From contig OZ024745.1 of NCBI GenBank assembly GCA_964016885.1, positions 117,304,001 through 117,368,000 on the forward strand: a stretch of 64,000 nt of DNA. The letters are read 5' to 3'. Source of the DNA: Eledone cirrhosa (taxonomy: Eukaryota). The notes beneath the pieces are model-generated. The model did not search any database, was not told where the DNA came from, and saw only the letters and a list, made by a program, of their open reading frames with translations. The position numbers and the translations under genes are program-made. Positions 51,358-59,520 of the stretch are shown here, piece by piece (position 1 is the first letter of the stretch; each line of letters opens with the position of its first letter).

Positions 51358-53229
51358 TGTTTGCATGTTGTTATGGGTGTGTCAGCAGATGTATGTAATT
51401 ATATATGTGTGTGTTTATGTAAGTATGAATATAACCCATGCTAGCGTGGAAAATGGACGTTAAACGATAATGATGTATCTATTTGTGTAAGTATTTCTGA
51501 GCATATGAATGTGTTTATGTATGCATATATATGGATGCAGCATGGCTGAATGATGAAGAAGTTTGCTTCGCAATCATTAGGTCTTGGGTTCAATCCCACT
51601 ACGTGACATCTTGGGAAAATGTCATTTACCATAGCTTCAGGTTGACTTAAGTTTTGTGAGTGAAAGTGAATAGACAGAAACTGTCTAATATCTGTGCCTG
51701 TAAGTCACACACTGTGTCATACTGAATCTCCCCAAACATTGCATTGAGAGTGCATGCGTTTATGAAATGCTTATATGTTGATTCATGAGTGGGTTGTTCT
51801 ATTGATTGAATTACAGATTACAGAGTAGAGAACTCTGTTAAAGGCCTCCTCTAGATCAATGAATAATAAGTGCAGAGCCTTACTTTTAACTAAGTACTTC
51901 TCCTGTAGTTGTCTCACATGGGAGAGGGCATCTGTGGTACCCCTACCTGACATAAAGCCAAACTGCATAAGCTTGATTCTGTTCCTAATTAGTTATGCTA
52001 TAACCCTTTCAGTAACTTTCATGACCAGGTGACTTTATGCCTCTATAGTTACCTGTTTCTAGTGTATCTCTTTTGCCCTTGTAGCAGTTTACAATGATTT
52101 TGCTTCACCAGTCATTGGGTATGAGACCATCCTGTACTACTTGATTAATTATTTTACAATAGAAATTTCTCAATAATACACAAGTTAATTTATTTAAAAG
52201 GAGAAAATAAAATTTTCATATTAATATTATTTTTACATAGCTATGACTAGAATTGATTTCAAAGAAAAAATATTTTTACATAACTATGATTAGAATTGAT
52301 TTTAAAGAAAAAATATTTTTTCAATGCATTTTCAATAAAGTTGTGGTTGATATATAAATTACATTTTCTCCAAAGAAACAAAAATTTAAATTCCTCTGAC
52401 TATAAAGTAGCTTTCTCTAACAATTGTTTTAGTTATTTGAGTACAATATAATAGTTCTAGTTTTGTTTTCAAATTTCCAAATTTTAGTATTTAAACTGGA
52501 CGTATCTGGTCAAAATTCTCTCACGTCTTTCTATTCAAACTGACCATAACTGGCTGTTCATACTTATGTTAAGGTATTGTTCTCAAAATAAATATCAAAA
52601 TCTTATAGATTCGATATTATGTGAGATAATTATATGAGATAAAGTGTTTACTGTGAAAATACAATAGTAAATATAGAGTAATGTAAATACTAAAGGGTTA
52701 ATAACATATAAATTCTCTTAGTGTATTTATTAAAAGAAAACAATGAAAATTATCAGCTAAATTCATAGAAATCATCCACGCTACATGCTGTAATACTACT
52801 CAGTGTTGTAACATAGCAGTAGTGCTTCTGTATTCAGTTAAGTGAAGCAGCAATGTGTCTGTGTGTTGTAGTTTGTCTTGTAATAGCAGCTATTGATTGA
52901 AATAAGCTTCGGAGAATTGTAAACTTGGTGCTGTCATAGATATAGCTACAGCATCATGTGCAACATGTTTTGTCAATGTTTATACTAGAAAAACACTTTT
53001 GGTATCTTTATTCCAGAAACCTATATAATCCTAAACAATATGGAATAATTATTTCCTTTCTTGTTGTGAGTGGATCATTTTATCATAGGGAATAATTGTT
53101 TATAAAAGGTATATTAAAAATGTAATATATGTATATATTTCTCTTATTTAATAGTATTGTTCAATATTGATTATTTGTATATTAGCTATACTTACACCTA
53201 TGCACCTCTACCCACACAACCATGTTTAA
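9007..53229 (+). CDS. Spliced gene, KASH5/CCDC155-LRMP-like protein (EF-hand pair + coiled coil + C-terminal TM), about 579 aa, 17 coding exons
   Basis: Manual exon chain, all introns GT-AG with matching phases: 9007-9162, 15030-15151, 17471-17641, 18103-18262, 23349-23429, 24702-24758, 25702-25761, 26183-26244, 31521-31677, 32341-32481, 34943-35118, 36952-36980, 42353-42462, 44891-45009, 45919-45933, 53017-53065, 53155-53229 (1740 nt, open frame). The N-terminus EERMIDKLFTNCDEDNSGKVSINKLLSYLKQLT...LDIQSYRLAMTEWI resembles the KASH5/LRMP EF-hand region as I recall it (no search run). Confidence 0.8.
9870..12672 (+). mobile_element. RTE LINE (PHD-finger family), 5'-truncated pseudogene with long 3' UTR and (GAT)n tail
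   Basis: ORF 10243-11634 has QFGFVPGRGTTDA, FVDLEKAFDRVP, GVHQGSVLSPLLF and YAAD (mutated YADD); endonuclease end near 9900-10030. Confidence 0.92.
12760..13110 (-). mobile_element. RTE endonuclease fragment
   Basis: GEIVEML..VDVCFVQETRWRG, GNFNGHVG. Confidence 0.8.
15030..15151 (+). CDS. Coding exon 2: VFTELDDLTSLFNSFADHNTLDIQSYRLAMTEWIGAIRQP (degenerate EF-hand 2)
   Basis: Acceptor ttctattactag, donor AG|gtatgt, phase 0 to 2. Confidence 0.88.
16195..17285 (+). mobile_element. RTE LINE 3' fragment
   Basis: RT C-terminal half, PHD-type finger, LHGSETW, 3' tail. Confidence 0.88.
17471..17641 (+). CDS. Coding exon 3: LSSENNSEVLVQLKSLCTQNNLLNDELDKIRQQLEATEDSLAASTKENVELSKNIK (start of coiled coil)
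   Basis: Acceptor tttcatttag (an alternative in-frame cag lies at 17477-17479), donor gtaatt, phase 2 to 2, heptad pattern. Confidence 0.88.
18103..18262 (+). CDS. Coding exon 4: LQNVVEQKEVLERENEDLKSIVHYWMEKIQTERSSNDNQREGILLENSKLKRN
   Basis: AG at 18101-18102, donor gtaggt at 18263, phase 2 to 0, coiled-coil composition. Confidence 0.85.
18462..18649. mobile_element. Possible old hAT-type MITE
   Basis: Degenerate TIRs taggcctgtcgccag / ctgacaatgggtctg. Confidence 0.35.
18745..19570 (+). mobile_element. RTE 3' fragment with composite 3' UTR (similar copies at 17700-18037, 34235-34840, 35820-36250, 49330-49945)
   Basis: LERRLCWYGHMMRM..GRPRKTW, then ccagtccacactgtaa repeats, ggtgttaggaagggcatccagc and (GAT)n. 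Confidence 0.85.
20006..20223 (+). mobile_element. piggyBac-type MITE (copies at 24800-25007 +, 25435-25646 +, 31857-32077 -, 47184-47428 -, 52482-52697 +)
   Basis: TTAA|CCCTTTAGCATTTA ... TAAATGCTAAAGGG|TTAA: 14-bp TIRs with TTAA target duplication. Confidence 0.92.
20266..20746. mobile_element. Non-autonomous Helitron/Helentron-like element
   Basis: Terminal hairpin ctagcagaaaaaccaccc-ttc-gggtggttttctgctag; the other end is ctttattatagtttagat. Confidence 0.6.
20890..22000 (-). mobile_element. RTE LINE fragment with a short nested non-autonomous insert near 21365-21480
   Basis: ORFs 21776-21985 and 20909-21106 match RTE ORF2. Confidence 0.82.
22177..22953. repeat. Minisatellite, 43-bp unit, about 18 copies
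   Basis: Unit ggtggatgtgagacatcagtggaggaactagagttaagtcaat with a few recurring variants. Confidence 0.97.
23349..23429 (+). CDS. Coding exon 5: LEQKVTECKNSLNKLQELKMQNSKISK
   Basis: Acceptor tttcacag, donor AAG|gttaat, phase 0 to 0. Confidence 0.85.
24702..24758 (+). CDS. Coding exon 6: KKKIEIEKLSDYFEIEIMK
   Basis: Acceptor ctgcatag, donor gtaagt, phase 0 to 0. Confidence 0.75.
25702..25761 (+). CDS. Coding exon 7: LKADLNKAEEKVSLLKKANK
   Basis: Acceptor ttttgttatag, donor AAG|gtttgt, phase 0 to 0. Confidence 0.8.
26183..26244 (+). CDS. Coding exon 8: ELKTHNFDLDAQIIQLKENE
   Basis: Acceptor ttccttttcag, donor AAG|gtaaat, phase 0 to 2. Confidence 0.85.
26982..27122. mobile_element. hAT-type MITE inserted in the Expander-like RTE fragment
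   Basis: TIRs cagggccatctt / aagatggccctg; imperfect 8-bp flanks accctcag / cctctcag. Confidence 0.8.
28550..29290 (+). mobile_element. RTE LINE internal fragment
   Basis: Closely similar to 56700-57440 (ARQCVNANQDVVGDKC, GKAAGPSGIVAEMLK). Confidence 0.9.
31521..31677 (+). CDS. Coding exon 9: KSPESGTCAILPVVIEEDMDSYQPKDISEKAHSNGVPLNQSNRTLSSELEGM
   Basis: Acceptor tatatctcag, donor ATG|gtgagt, phase 2 to 0. Confidence 0.85.
32107..32293 (+). mobile_element. SINE group A with target site duplication
   Basis: Full copy flanked by attatttgtcctttaa on both sides. Confidence 0.9.
32341..32481 (+). CDS. Coding exon 10: VGECLPSPICEREHLTVSPDSHPAESKDSILANLSSFKDTLQSAVET
   Basis: Acceptor ttattgttag, donor gtaagt, phase 0 to 0. 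Confidence 0.85.
33020..33400 (-). mobile_element. Possible old L2/CR1 LINE 3' scrap
   Basis: RHRAIVVAFSY and YFIPLTAS resemble the C-terminus of L2/CR1 ORF2. Confidence 0.35.
34943..35118 (+). CDS. Coding exon 11: VTEIQKQLINFTHKMELNISKDIKCISCSEFRLNVIGTLSQYKDWVDLLLYKKATLNS
   Basis: Acceptor ttcttgatttag, donor CTG|gtgagt, phase 0 to 2. Confidence 0.82.
36480..36835 (-). repeat. Expanded tandem array within an RTE-associated non-autonomous element
   Basis: Repeated cactttacagtgtgggctgggcattttttgttgtgacacaag (42-bp units in the centre, longer units at the edges). Confidence 0.9.
36952..36980 (+). CDS. Coding exon 12, 29-nt micro-exon: (W)VSQMIKIIT
   Basis: Acceptor tctggttttag, donor CAG|gtacgt. 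It bridges phase 2 (exon 11) to phase 1 (exon 13) exactly. Confidence 0.75.
37497..39056. mobile_element. Foldback element built from Helitron-type terminal sequence, with about 400-bp inverted arms
   Basis: 37507-37709 plus 38057-38253 is the reverse complement of 38653-39055; the left arm is split by a SINE. Confidence 0.8.
39085..40880 (+). mobile_element. Internally deleted Helitron containing a nested SINE
   Basis: RepHel-like N-terminus MPRRKRYSIGRNT..NES; PIF1 C-terminus FAMSIHKSQSQTL and VFSHRQLYIGCSRVG..KTRNIVYKEVL; 3' end gcaatgccgggccattctgCTAG. Confidence 0.85.
39608..39950 (+). mobile_element. SINE group B (tRNA head + CORE-like domain) with RTE-derived tail; sister copies at 37710-38055 (-) and 55105-55452 (-)
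   Basis: A box tggcttagtggt, B box gagttcaattctc, ccttgagcaaagcacttta core, 3' end cccacccttgcaagcagggaaaag..(atg)n. Confidence 0.88.
41209..42117 (+). mobile_element. Mariner transposon, internally deleted
   Basis: TIRs tgaggtggtcttaaaaa / tttttaataccacctca, TA on both flanks; EQRTNVKF, WVYRYDPE.KQQS.QW, LHDDNAP, PYSPAL..DFHLF. Confidence 0.9.
42353..42462 (+). CDS. Coding exon 13: (D)SSIFSFENINDGNTNLPEHDVELSKLKTIFKTIAVQ
   Basis: Acceptor tttattctag, donor CAG|gtagag, phase 1 to 0. Confidence 0.8.
42620..43300 (+). mobile_element. RTE LINE of a second family (no PHD finger), 3' fragment
   Basis: KTKYL, VEDFLYLG, LLYGSETWTLT, RRLRLAGH, GRGRPRITY. Confidence 0.88.
44395..44620 (+). mobile_element. 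SINE group B with an alternative tail; sister copies at 54843-55035 (+) and 63555-63773 (-)
   Basis: Same head and core, followed by ggagttgcgacc..tagatagtattagcaat..gaaagacc..gatttgac and (TA)n. Confidence 0.8.
44619..44674. repeat. (TA)n microsatellite (others: 37466-37500, (TA)n(GA)n at 51273-51355, poly-C at 33578-33598)
   Basis: Seen directly. Confidence 0.95.
44891..45009 (+). CDS. Coding exon 14: LQKLSKPTVETDKDVEKKIWLLIMQHFLSKENYSGYLIQ
   Basis: Acceptor ttttctttag, donor TG|gtaagt, phase 0 to 2. Confidence 0.82.
45017..45209 (-). mobile_element. SINE group A inserted at the exon 14 splice donor
   Basis: Flanked by agtggtaagt(a/g)taat at 45006 and 45210. Confidence 0.9.
45359..45530 (+). 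mobile_element. SINE group A with internal deletion (further partial copies near 58822-58932 and 59610-59765)
   Basis: Same consensus; flanked by ttattattacctaaaa. Confidence 0.85.
45919..45933 (+). CDS. Candidate coding exon 15, 15-nt micro-exon: (C)WYMP(R)
   Basis: Pyrimidine-rich acceptor ...tttatatcatttgaccag and donor AAG|gtattt. Needed because joining exon 14 (..TG) directly to exon 16 (A..) gives TGA. Confidence 0.5.
46745..48120 (-). mobile_element. Degenerate Helitron RepHel helicase remnant
   Basis: Minus-strand motifs LEAPRGTGKAF (Walker A), VSSSTAA, IVWDE (Walker B), AGDFYQILSVVP, TNMR. Confidence 0.75.
46909..47057. repeat. 53-bp tandem triplication
   Basis: ggctattgttccttca.ccca..atggacagctg starts at 46915, 46968 and 47021. 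Confidence 0.9.
48215..48735 (+). mobile_element. Rex3/Expander-like RTE 3' fragment (third family; copies at 2490-2800 (-), 26575-27150, 29740-30485, 35365-35642)
   Basis: PTLTYGHES, QAAEVGFL, LLLRIERSRLRYYGHVVRM, RRPRGRLRTRW, LGWSRLGI; (GAA)n tail. Confidence 0.85.
50110..51265 (-). mobile_element. RTE LINE 3' fragment
   Basis: YADD, PHD-type finger, tail. A further RT scrap lies at 51820-52150. Confidence 0.9.
53017..53065 (+). CDS. Coding exon 16: NLYNPKQYGIIISFLV (start of TM)
   Basis: Acceptor tctttattccag, donor gtgagt, phase 2 to 0. Confidence 0.7.
53155..53229 (+). CDS. Terminal coding exon 17: YCSILIICILAILTPMHLYPHNHV*
   Basis: Follows an 89-nt intron ending ttatttaatag. Completes the hydrophobic helix GIIISFLVYCSILIICILAIL, then TAA. 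Confidence 0.68.
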   Translation, partial: YCSILIICILAILTPMHLYPHNHV

Positions 53230-54240
53230 AGATTAGATGTATACTTCTGTCTCATCCTACAGTTTATGCAACCTACGATGTATTGCTTAACCTACTTTGA
53301 ATTATCTTCTGTGATATACTTCTGTAATGATTGAACAAGTAATATTACTATGATAAATTTGGTTGCTTCCAGTTAATAGATGATTACGTTTAGGATGTAC
53401 AAAACAGTATTCGTGGAAATTAATCTGGAACCTGAGGAGTAATTGAATCACTCCTGTAGAAACTGTCACCACATATAATGTGAATGTTTTATTGAATTAT
53501 GTGATTTACATTAGAACGGTCTATAAAATACAAAAAGAAGAACCATAAGAGAACAAATGTAGGAATGTTTCCTTTTAAAATGGAGGTATATCTCTTCATT
53601 TTACAAATGAAATGGATGGAGAGTTAATCCCTGAAGATGCTATCAAGCTTATTTGGAAAAAAATCAAAGTATAGGTTAGTGTTTTGAATTTAAATCATCA
53701 TGGTTTTATCTTGTAATTTTTTCATCTTTTTACATTTTTAAACACAAAATGTATTTGCTTTCTTCATTAGACCTCAGTTGTTTTACTTCTATGTAAATAT
53801 GTATAAACTGATGACTGTATTGTTATCTATACAACATTGTATCTAAATTATTTCGAGATAGTATATTAATAAGAATAATATTTGAAAATGAAAAAAGAAC
53901 TATTTCTATTATCTGCTGCCAATATGCAACAATAATTTCTTAAAATTTTGTTATACAATTCCTGATTAAAAGAATTACCTTGTTTAATATATTAAATGTT
54001 TCATAATTCATAGTAATTTGTTAGAAAAAATGTATTTTTAACTATATAGTAAAAATATTAAAGAATATCAATTAATTTGAATTTAAAATTTATTTCTTAT
54101 CATTAAGCTAATGAAAAAACGTAAGATTAAAAAATAGCTGTTAATAATGGACTTGTTTAGGTATACTTTGACAAAAGCACAAGATAATAAATTGATGTAC
54201 TTTAAATACATCATATAAAATCTGTGAAACAATTAATAAA
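53230..54240 (+). other. Putative 3' UTR with polyadenylation signals
   Basis: About 1 kb AT-rich stretch with no recognisable transposon after the stop codon; AATAAA at 54186-54191 and 54235-54240. Confidence 0.45.
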
Positions 54241-55489
54241 ATCCAGTACTACATTAGATCATTCTAAAAAAAGTATTTTCATATTCTTTGATATCCATGT
54301 ATAATATTCTGCTTAAATCCTTATAATACTGCTATATAATGTGAGTTAGAGTTATATCATTAGTTACATTATGATATTTTTAGATTTTTAGAATTAATTC
54401 TATAAAGGTGAAATTAATTATGTTTATGATTTTCTGGTTCATATTTTTTATTTAGCCCTGTAACATAGTTTTATATGCTTCAGATTTATTGCCATGTGTC
54501 ATTTAAAAATCACATTTTAGCCATTTTCATTTCTCTCATTTCTATAGATTTATGTAAGTCTATACTATACATGTGGGTGTGTGTATGCACACACATTCAC
54601 ACACACATCACCATCATCATCATCATCATCTTCATTTTGTGTTTGTTTTTCATACTTGCATAGGCTGGATATCTCGTCACTTGTTGATGTCCTTTTGTCA
54701 TATTTGTATATGTGAGTGTGTATGTATTTATATAAATACATGCATACACATACACACACAAACATATATGAATATGTATTTGTATATACATATATACATT
54801 CATATGTCCACACACACAAATATATGTATATATATATAAAAATGTGGCTACATGGTTAGGGAATTGGATTTGCAATCATGAGATTGCAAGTTCGATTCCC
54901 AGAGCAGGCGAACGTTATTTCCTTGAGCAAGACACTTTATTTCATGTTGGTCCTTCTGCTAGGAGTTGCAACTGGTAGATAGTATTAGCAATGGAAAGAC
55001 CAATGAAAACATTGTTTCCTTGGTTCGATTTGACAAGTTCCACTCTGTTCAGTAAGCAAATGAGGTCTAGGATCAATCTAAACAAAATTTATATATATAT
55101 ATATATTCATTCATTCATTCATTTCATTTCGTTTTACGTCCGCTTTTCCCTGCTTGCAAGGGTGGGACGGGAACTGATTCTGGCTTGATTTCTACAGCTG
55201 GATGCCCTTCCTAACACCAACCTCATTTACAGTGAGTGCTGGGTGCTTTTTTGCCGTGGCACCTACACGTCCACTTTGCAGTGGAATGATAGGGACCCAA
55301 GTCCCTATCATCTCATTTCTACAGCTGAGTAAACTGGAGCAATGTGAAATAAAGTGTCTTGCTCAAGGAAACAACACATCACCCGGTCTGAGAATTGAAC
55401 TCAACCTTTCGATTGCAGGACCAATGCTCTAACCACTAAGCCATATGTCTCCATTGACCAATGCTCTAACCTCTAATATATATATATAT

Positions 55490-58400
55490 CATCATCATCA
55501 TCATCATCATTTTACATTCGCTTTTCCCTGCTTGCAAGGGTGGGACGGGTCTTATTCAGCACAGCATCTCTCCACTTGTCATGGTCCTTCGTCATCTCCC
55601 CTGTGAGCTTGAGCGATCTGAGGTCTGTTCTCACCACCTCCGCCCATGTTTTTCGTGGTCTACCTCTACCACGTCTTCCTTCAACTGACATTTCCTGGCA
55701 CTTCTTCACCCATCAGTCATCCTCCATGCGCATCACATGTCCATACCTCCTCAGTCTCCTCTCTCTCACACTACATTCTATCCCTCTCAGACACAGTTTC
55801 TCTCTCAACACATTCATGCTGGGTCGTTCACACACATTGACATTGCACATCCAACAGAGCATGCTTGCCTCATTTCTCTCCAGTCATCGCATATCCTCTG
55901 CAGTTGCTGCCCATGTCTCACTACCATGCAGCATCGCGCTCCTCACACAGGCATCATATAACCTGCCTTTCGTACGCAGGGAGAAACCCTTCTTTGTCAG
56001 CAGAGGAAACAGCTCCCTAAACTTCTTCCAACCCGTCCTTATTCTAGATACTATGGCCTTGGAACACCCCCTCCCATGCTAATCGGATCTCCTAGGTACC
56101 GGAAGCTATCCACCACATCTACTGCATACATATTTCTCCCTACCTGTTAGTTTGCCTGCTATCCCACTACATCTCTTGTGTACCCAGGATCTGCATTGTG
56201 TGCATTTTATAGAATTTATGCCAGTTCCTTTTCTGCATATTGAACATGGCCATTTCCCTGACGGAATCAGAGTTTTGTCCTCTTTTCTATTCATTAATAC
56301 TTTTGTCTTAGCTAGGTTCACTCTCAGTCCTCTTGCTTCCAACTGCTGTTTCCATAGCCAGAATTTATTCTCTAGCTCCTCTACTGATTCTGCTATAAGA
56401 ACCACATCGTCAGCATAGAGAAGTTCCCATGGACAGCCAGTCTTAAACTCCTCTCTTATGGCTTGGAGGACTATAATGAACAAGAGTGGGCTGAGGACCG
56501 AACCTTGATGTACTCCTACTTGTATCTGGAATTCCTCACTAAACTCCATTCCTACCCTGACTTTACTGACAGTACCTCTGTACAAAGTTTCCACTGTCCT
56601 CACAAGCCATTCCTCAAAACCTAGTTTCCTTAGGGACCACCAGATGACAGATCGGGGTACCCTATCAAAGGCTTTCTCTTGGTCAACAAAAGCTAAGTAT
56701 AGTGGCTTATTCTTCTCAAAGAACCTCTCTTGTAATTGTCTCACCAAGAAGAGGGCATCTGTTGTACTTCTCCCAGGCACAAAACCAAACTGCATCTCAT
56801 CTAGTTTGACCCTTCTCTAATTAGTTGTGCTAATATCCTTTCTGCCACTTTCATAACCTGATCCATCAGTTTTATACCCCTATAATTGCTCCTCTCCAGC
56901 TCTCCAGAGCATCCCCTTTACCTTTGTAGCAATTTATGAGAATACTGCTGCACCAGTCTTTGGGTATGACACCACCATATATAGCCTGATTGATGATGGG
57001 GCAACCAGTTTAGTACCTACGTCCCCTGATGCCTTCAGCATCTCAGCAACTATCCCCGATGGGCCAGCAGCCTTACCATTTTTCATTTCCTTAATCGCCT
57101 CTTGGACCCTATATTCGTCAATCTCAATAGCTGGTCCCTCTGTCGGATCTACTGAAGGTAATTTCTCTCTCTCCCATTCGTTCTCCACATTCATCAGTCT
57201 CTCATAATGACATTTCCAGGCCTACTTTTTCTGATCATTCATGACACTAAGTACACCGGGATCATTCCGGACACATTTATCTCCAACAACATCCTGATTT
57301 GCATTGACACACTGCCTTGCAATGTGGAACATCACACGCCTCTGATCTTCCCGTCGCAGAACATTGGCAAACCTCCTACTCTCAGCTTCCCTGCGTGCTA
57401 AGTACACCTGACGTCTAGCTTCTCTCTTAGCGGCTGTATATCCTTCCCTACTCCCACCCTTTTTCCAAGCCTTCCATGCTAGTCTTTTGTCTCTAATGGC
57501 CTTATCTACTGTGATGTTCCACCACCAGGTCACTCTCTGCCTGGTTGGAGCTCTGCTCCAGCCACAAGTTTCATCAGTAGCCTGCAGTAAGTTGTCACGT
57601 AAGAAATTCCAGTTATTATCTGTCATACGTCTCTAAATTGTCTTCTTTTTCGTCATACACATCTTGAAGGGCTTTCCTAAATTTGTATTTTAGTGAAAGG
57701 TCTTTTAGCTTCCAGACCTTTCTTCTCCACACCTTCCTGTATGTCTCATTCCATCTCTTGCTTACTGAGATATCACTAACGACTAACCTATGCTGTGGGG
57801 TACATTCTTCCCCAGAGTATGCCTTGGTATTAGACACTATCTGCCTGTCCCGCTGCCTAACTAGTAAGAAGTCAATCTGGCTTATATGCTCGCCAGATTT
57901 GTAGGTTACTAGGTGGTTGGCAGGTTTCTGGAAGTTAGTGTTGCAAATAGTAAGTGTACTTGCATCACAAAATTCAAGAAGTCTCACTCCTTTATTTCTT
58001 GAGCCGTAACCATGCCCACCATGTACCCCAGTGTAACCATCCTGGAGCTGTCCAACATGACCATTGAAGTCCCCTGCTAGCATAACGATGTCTCCGTCCT
58101 CTGTCATTGCTCATAAAAGCAATCTTTCTCTTCTTTGCCTAGGCCTGCTTGGGGAGCATAGGCAGAGATGATTGTCAGTAGTCTCCTGCCTACAACTAAT
58201 CTAAGCTTAATTATTCTATTACCAACTAGAACTACCTCTATTGTCTTATTGATCCATCTTTCAGCCAGGAAAATGCTTACTCCCCCTAACCATCATCCTT
58301 ACCTACCCAGAAAAGCTTATAGCTAAGATGTTTGCCTACGACTAGTCTTCCAGAGGCACCTCTCCATTTCACCTCTTGCACGCAACACACATCCACATGC

Positions 58401-58566
58401 CTTCTCTCCAGCATCTCCACTATTTCAGGAGATCTACTTCTGAGAGTGCCAACATTAAGTGTTGCAACTCTGAGATGCGACGTCTTCATATTTTGTTGTT
58501 CCTATCTACTTGTTGCTGTGCTGATAATCGTTTTAGCATTGATACACTGGTTGGATGCTCTTCCGA
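55490..58566 (-). mobile_element. Near full-length RTE LINE (APE endonuclease + RT + PHD-type finger), several frameshifts
   Basis: LRVATLNVGTL..VQEVKW, GDFNGHVG, QIDFLLV, QHRLVV, QFGFVPGRSTTDA, YADD, CSIC..C..C..WVHKRC..C..C; (ATG)n tail; (TA)n on both flanks. Confidence 0.95.
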
Positions 58567-58989
58567 ATATATATATATATATATAGTTTAATGGTTTGTA
58601 ACTTTATGCTGTTATTGGTTCACTTGAGCACTCGATACATAGGTGGGTCTGTTTTAGTATAGTGTGTGTACATTTAGTGTTGGTTGGTCTCCTTTATAAG
58701 CATAACAGTAATGAGTAAGAATGAGGTGTCAAAGTATCATCATTAAATTTATTCAACGAATAAACTTAATAATGATAATTTGACACCTCATTCTTCCTTT
58801 TTATTATTATTATATATATAAGCGCGGTGGATTGGCAATAACGGTAAAAGGTTGGACGCCATGCTTTGCTGCATAGAGTTATGGCCCTTTATGATCTGAG
58901 TTCAAATTCCGCCGCGGTTAACTTTGCCTTTCAATACCTCTCTATGTATGCTTTCTGGGTCATCAAAACTGGGTAGAACAGTTAAAAAT

Positions 58990-59335
58990 AATAATGAAAA
59001 AATAATAATAATGAAATTATTGTGTAAAGTGCTCAGGTGCACTACAACTCGTCAATATAGTACATAGAATAATACACAAATGTCAGGGAAGTACATGTGT
59101 GTATGTGTTAGCTGTTCTGTTGGCGGATCTCGGGAAGCATGGAGGCCTTAAAGGATGCAGTGTCTCGACAGCTAACAACTGATGCAGGTAGTTTGTTCCA
59201 TGCTTCAGCAACTCTGAGCGTGAAAAAATGTTTCCGAAAGTCATGGGAACTGTGCTGTTTTCTTACTTTGTGGGCATGTCCACGTGTGTTAGACACATGG
59301 AAATCGAAAAGGTACTCAGGGTTGATATTGTATTG
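58990..59335 (-). mobile_element. CR1-type LINE 3' end
   Basis: TRGHAHKVRKQ..FRKHFFTLRVAEAWNKLPASVV..FK; (TAT)n-like tail. Confidence 0.85.
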
Positions 59336-59520
59336 AGGTTCTTCGCTGTTCCATAGGTCTCAAACTTCTTCACCCAGTTTTTTAATATTGGGTTTGAAGG
59401 GAGATTTCTCCGTTCCAAAAAATGCATGAACTTACCTCTAGACAAAAATTGCATGAACTTGTATGAGCTATACAACAGTAGTGTCTCACACAAAAAATTC
59501 TGGTGCTGGAGCTCTCATTG
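59335..59520 (-). mobile_element. Tc1/mariner-superfamily transposase N-terminal scrap
   Basis: PSNPILKNWVKKFETYGT resembles the helix-turn-helix region. Confidence 0.5.

Noticed and set aside
45008-53017. Selenocysteine recoding of the junction TGA
   Set aside because: No SECIS recognised and no precedent known to me in this family; a bridging micro-exon is simpler.
53157-53300. Alternative frame containing YAPLPT as a KASH end
   Set aside because: PLPT is not terminal in that frame, and the phase does not fit exon 16 or continue the TM helix.
54565-54875. His-rich and low-complexity ORFs
   Set aside because: Microsatellite translations of (CAT)n, (CA)n and (TA)n.
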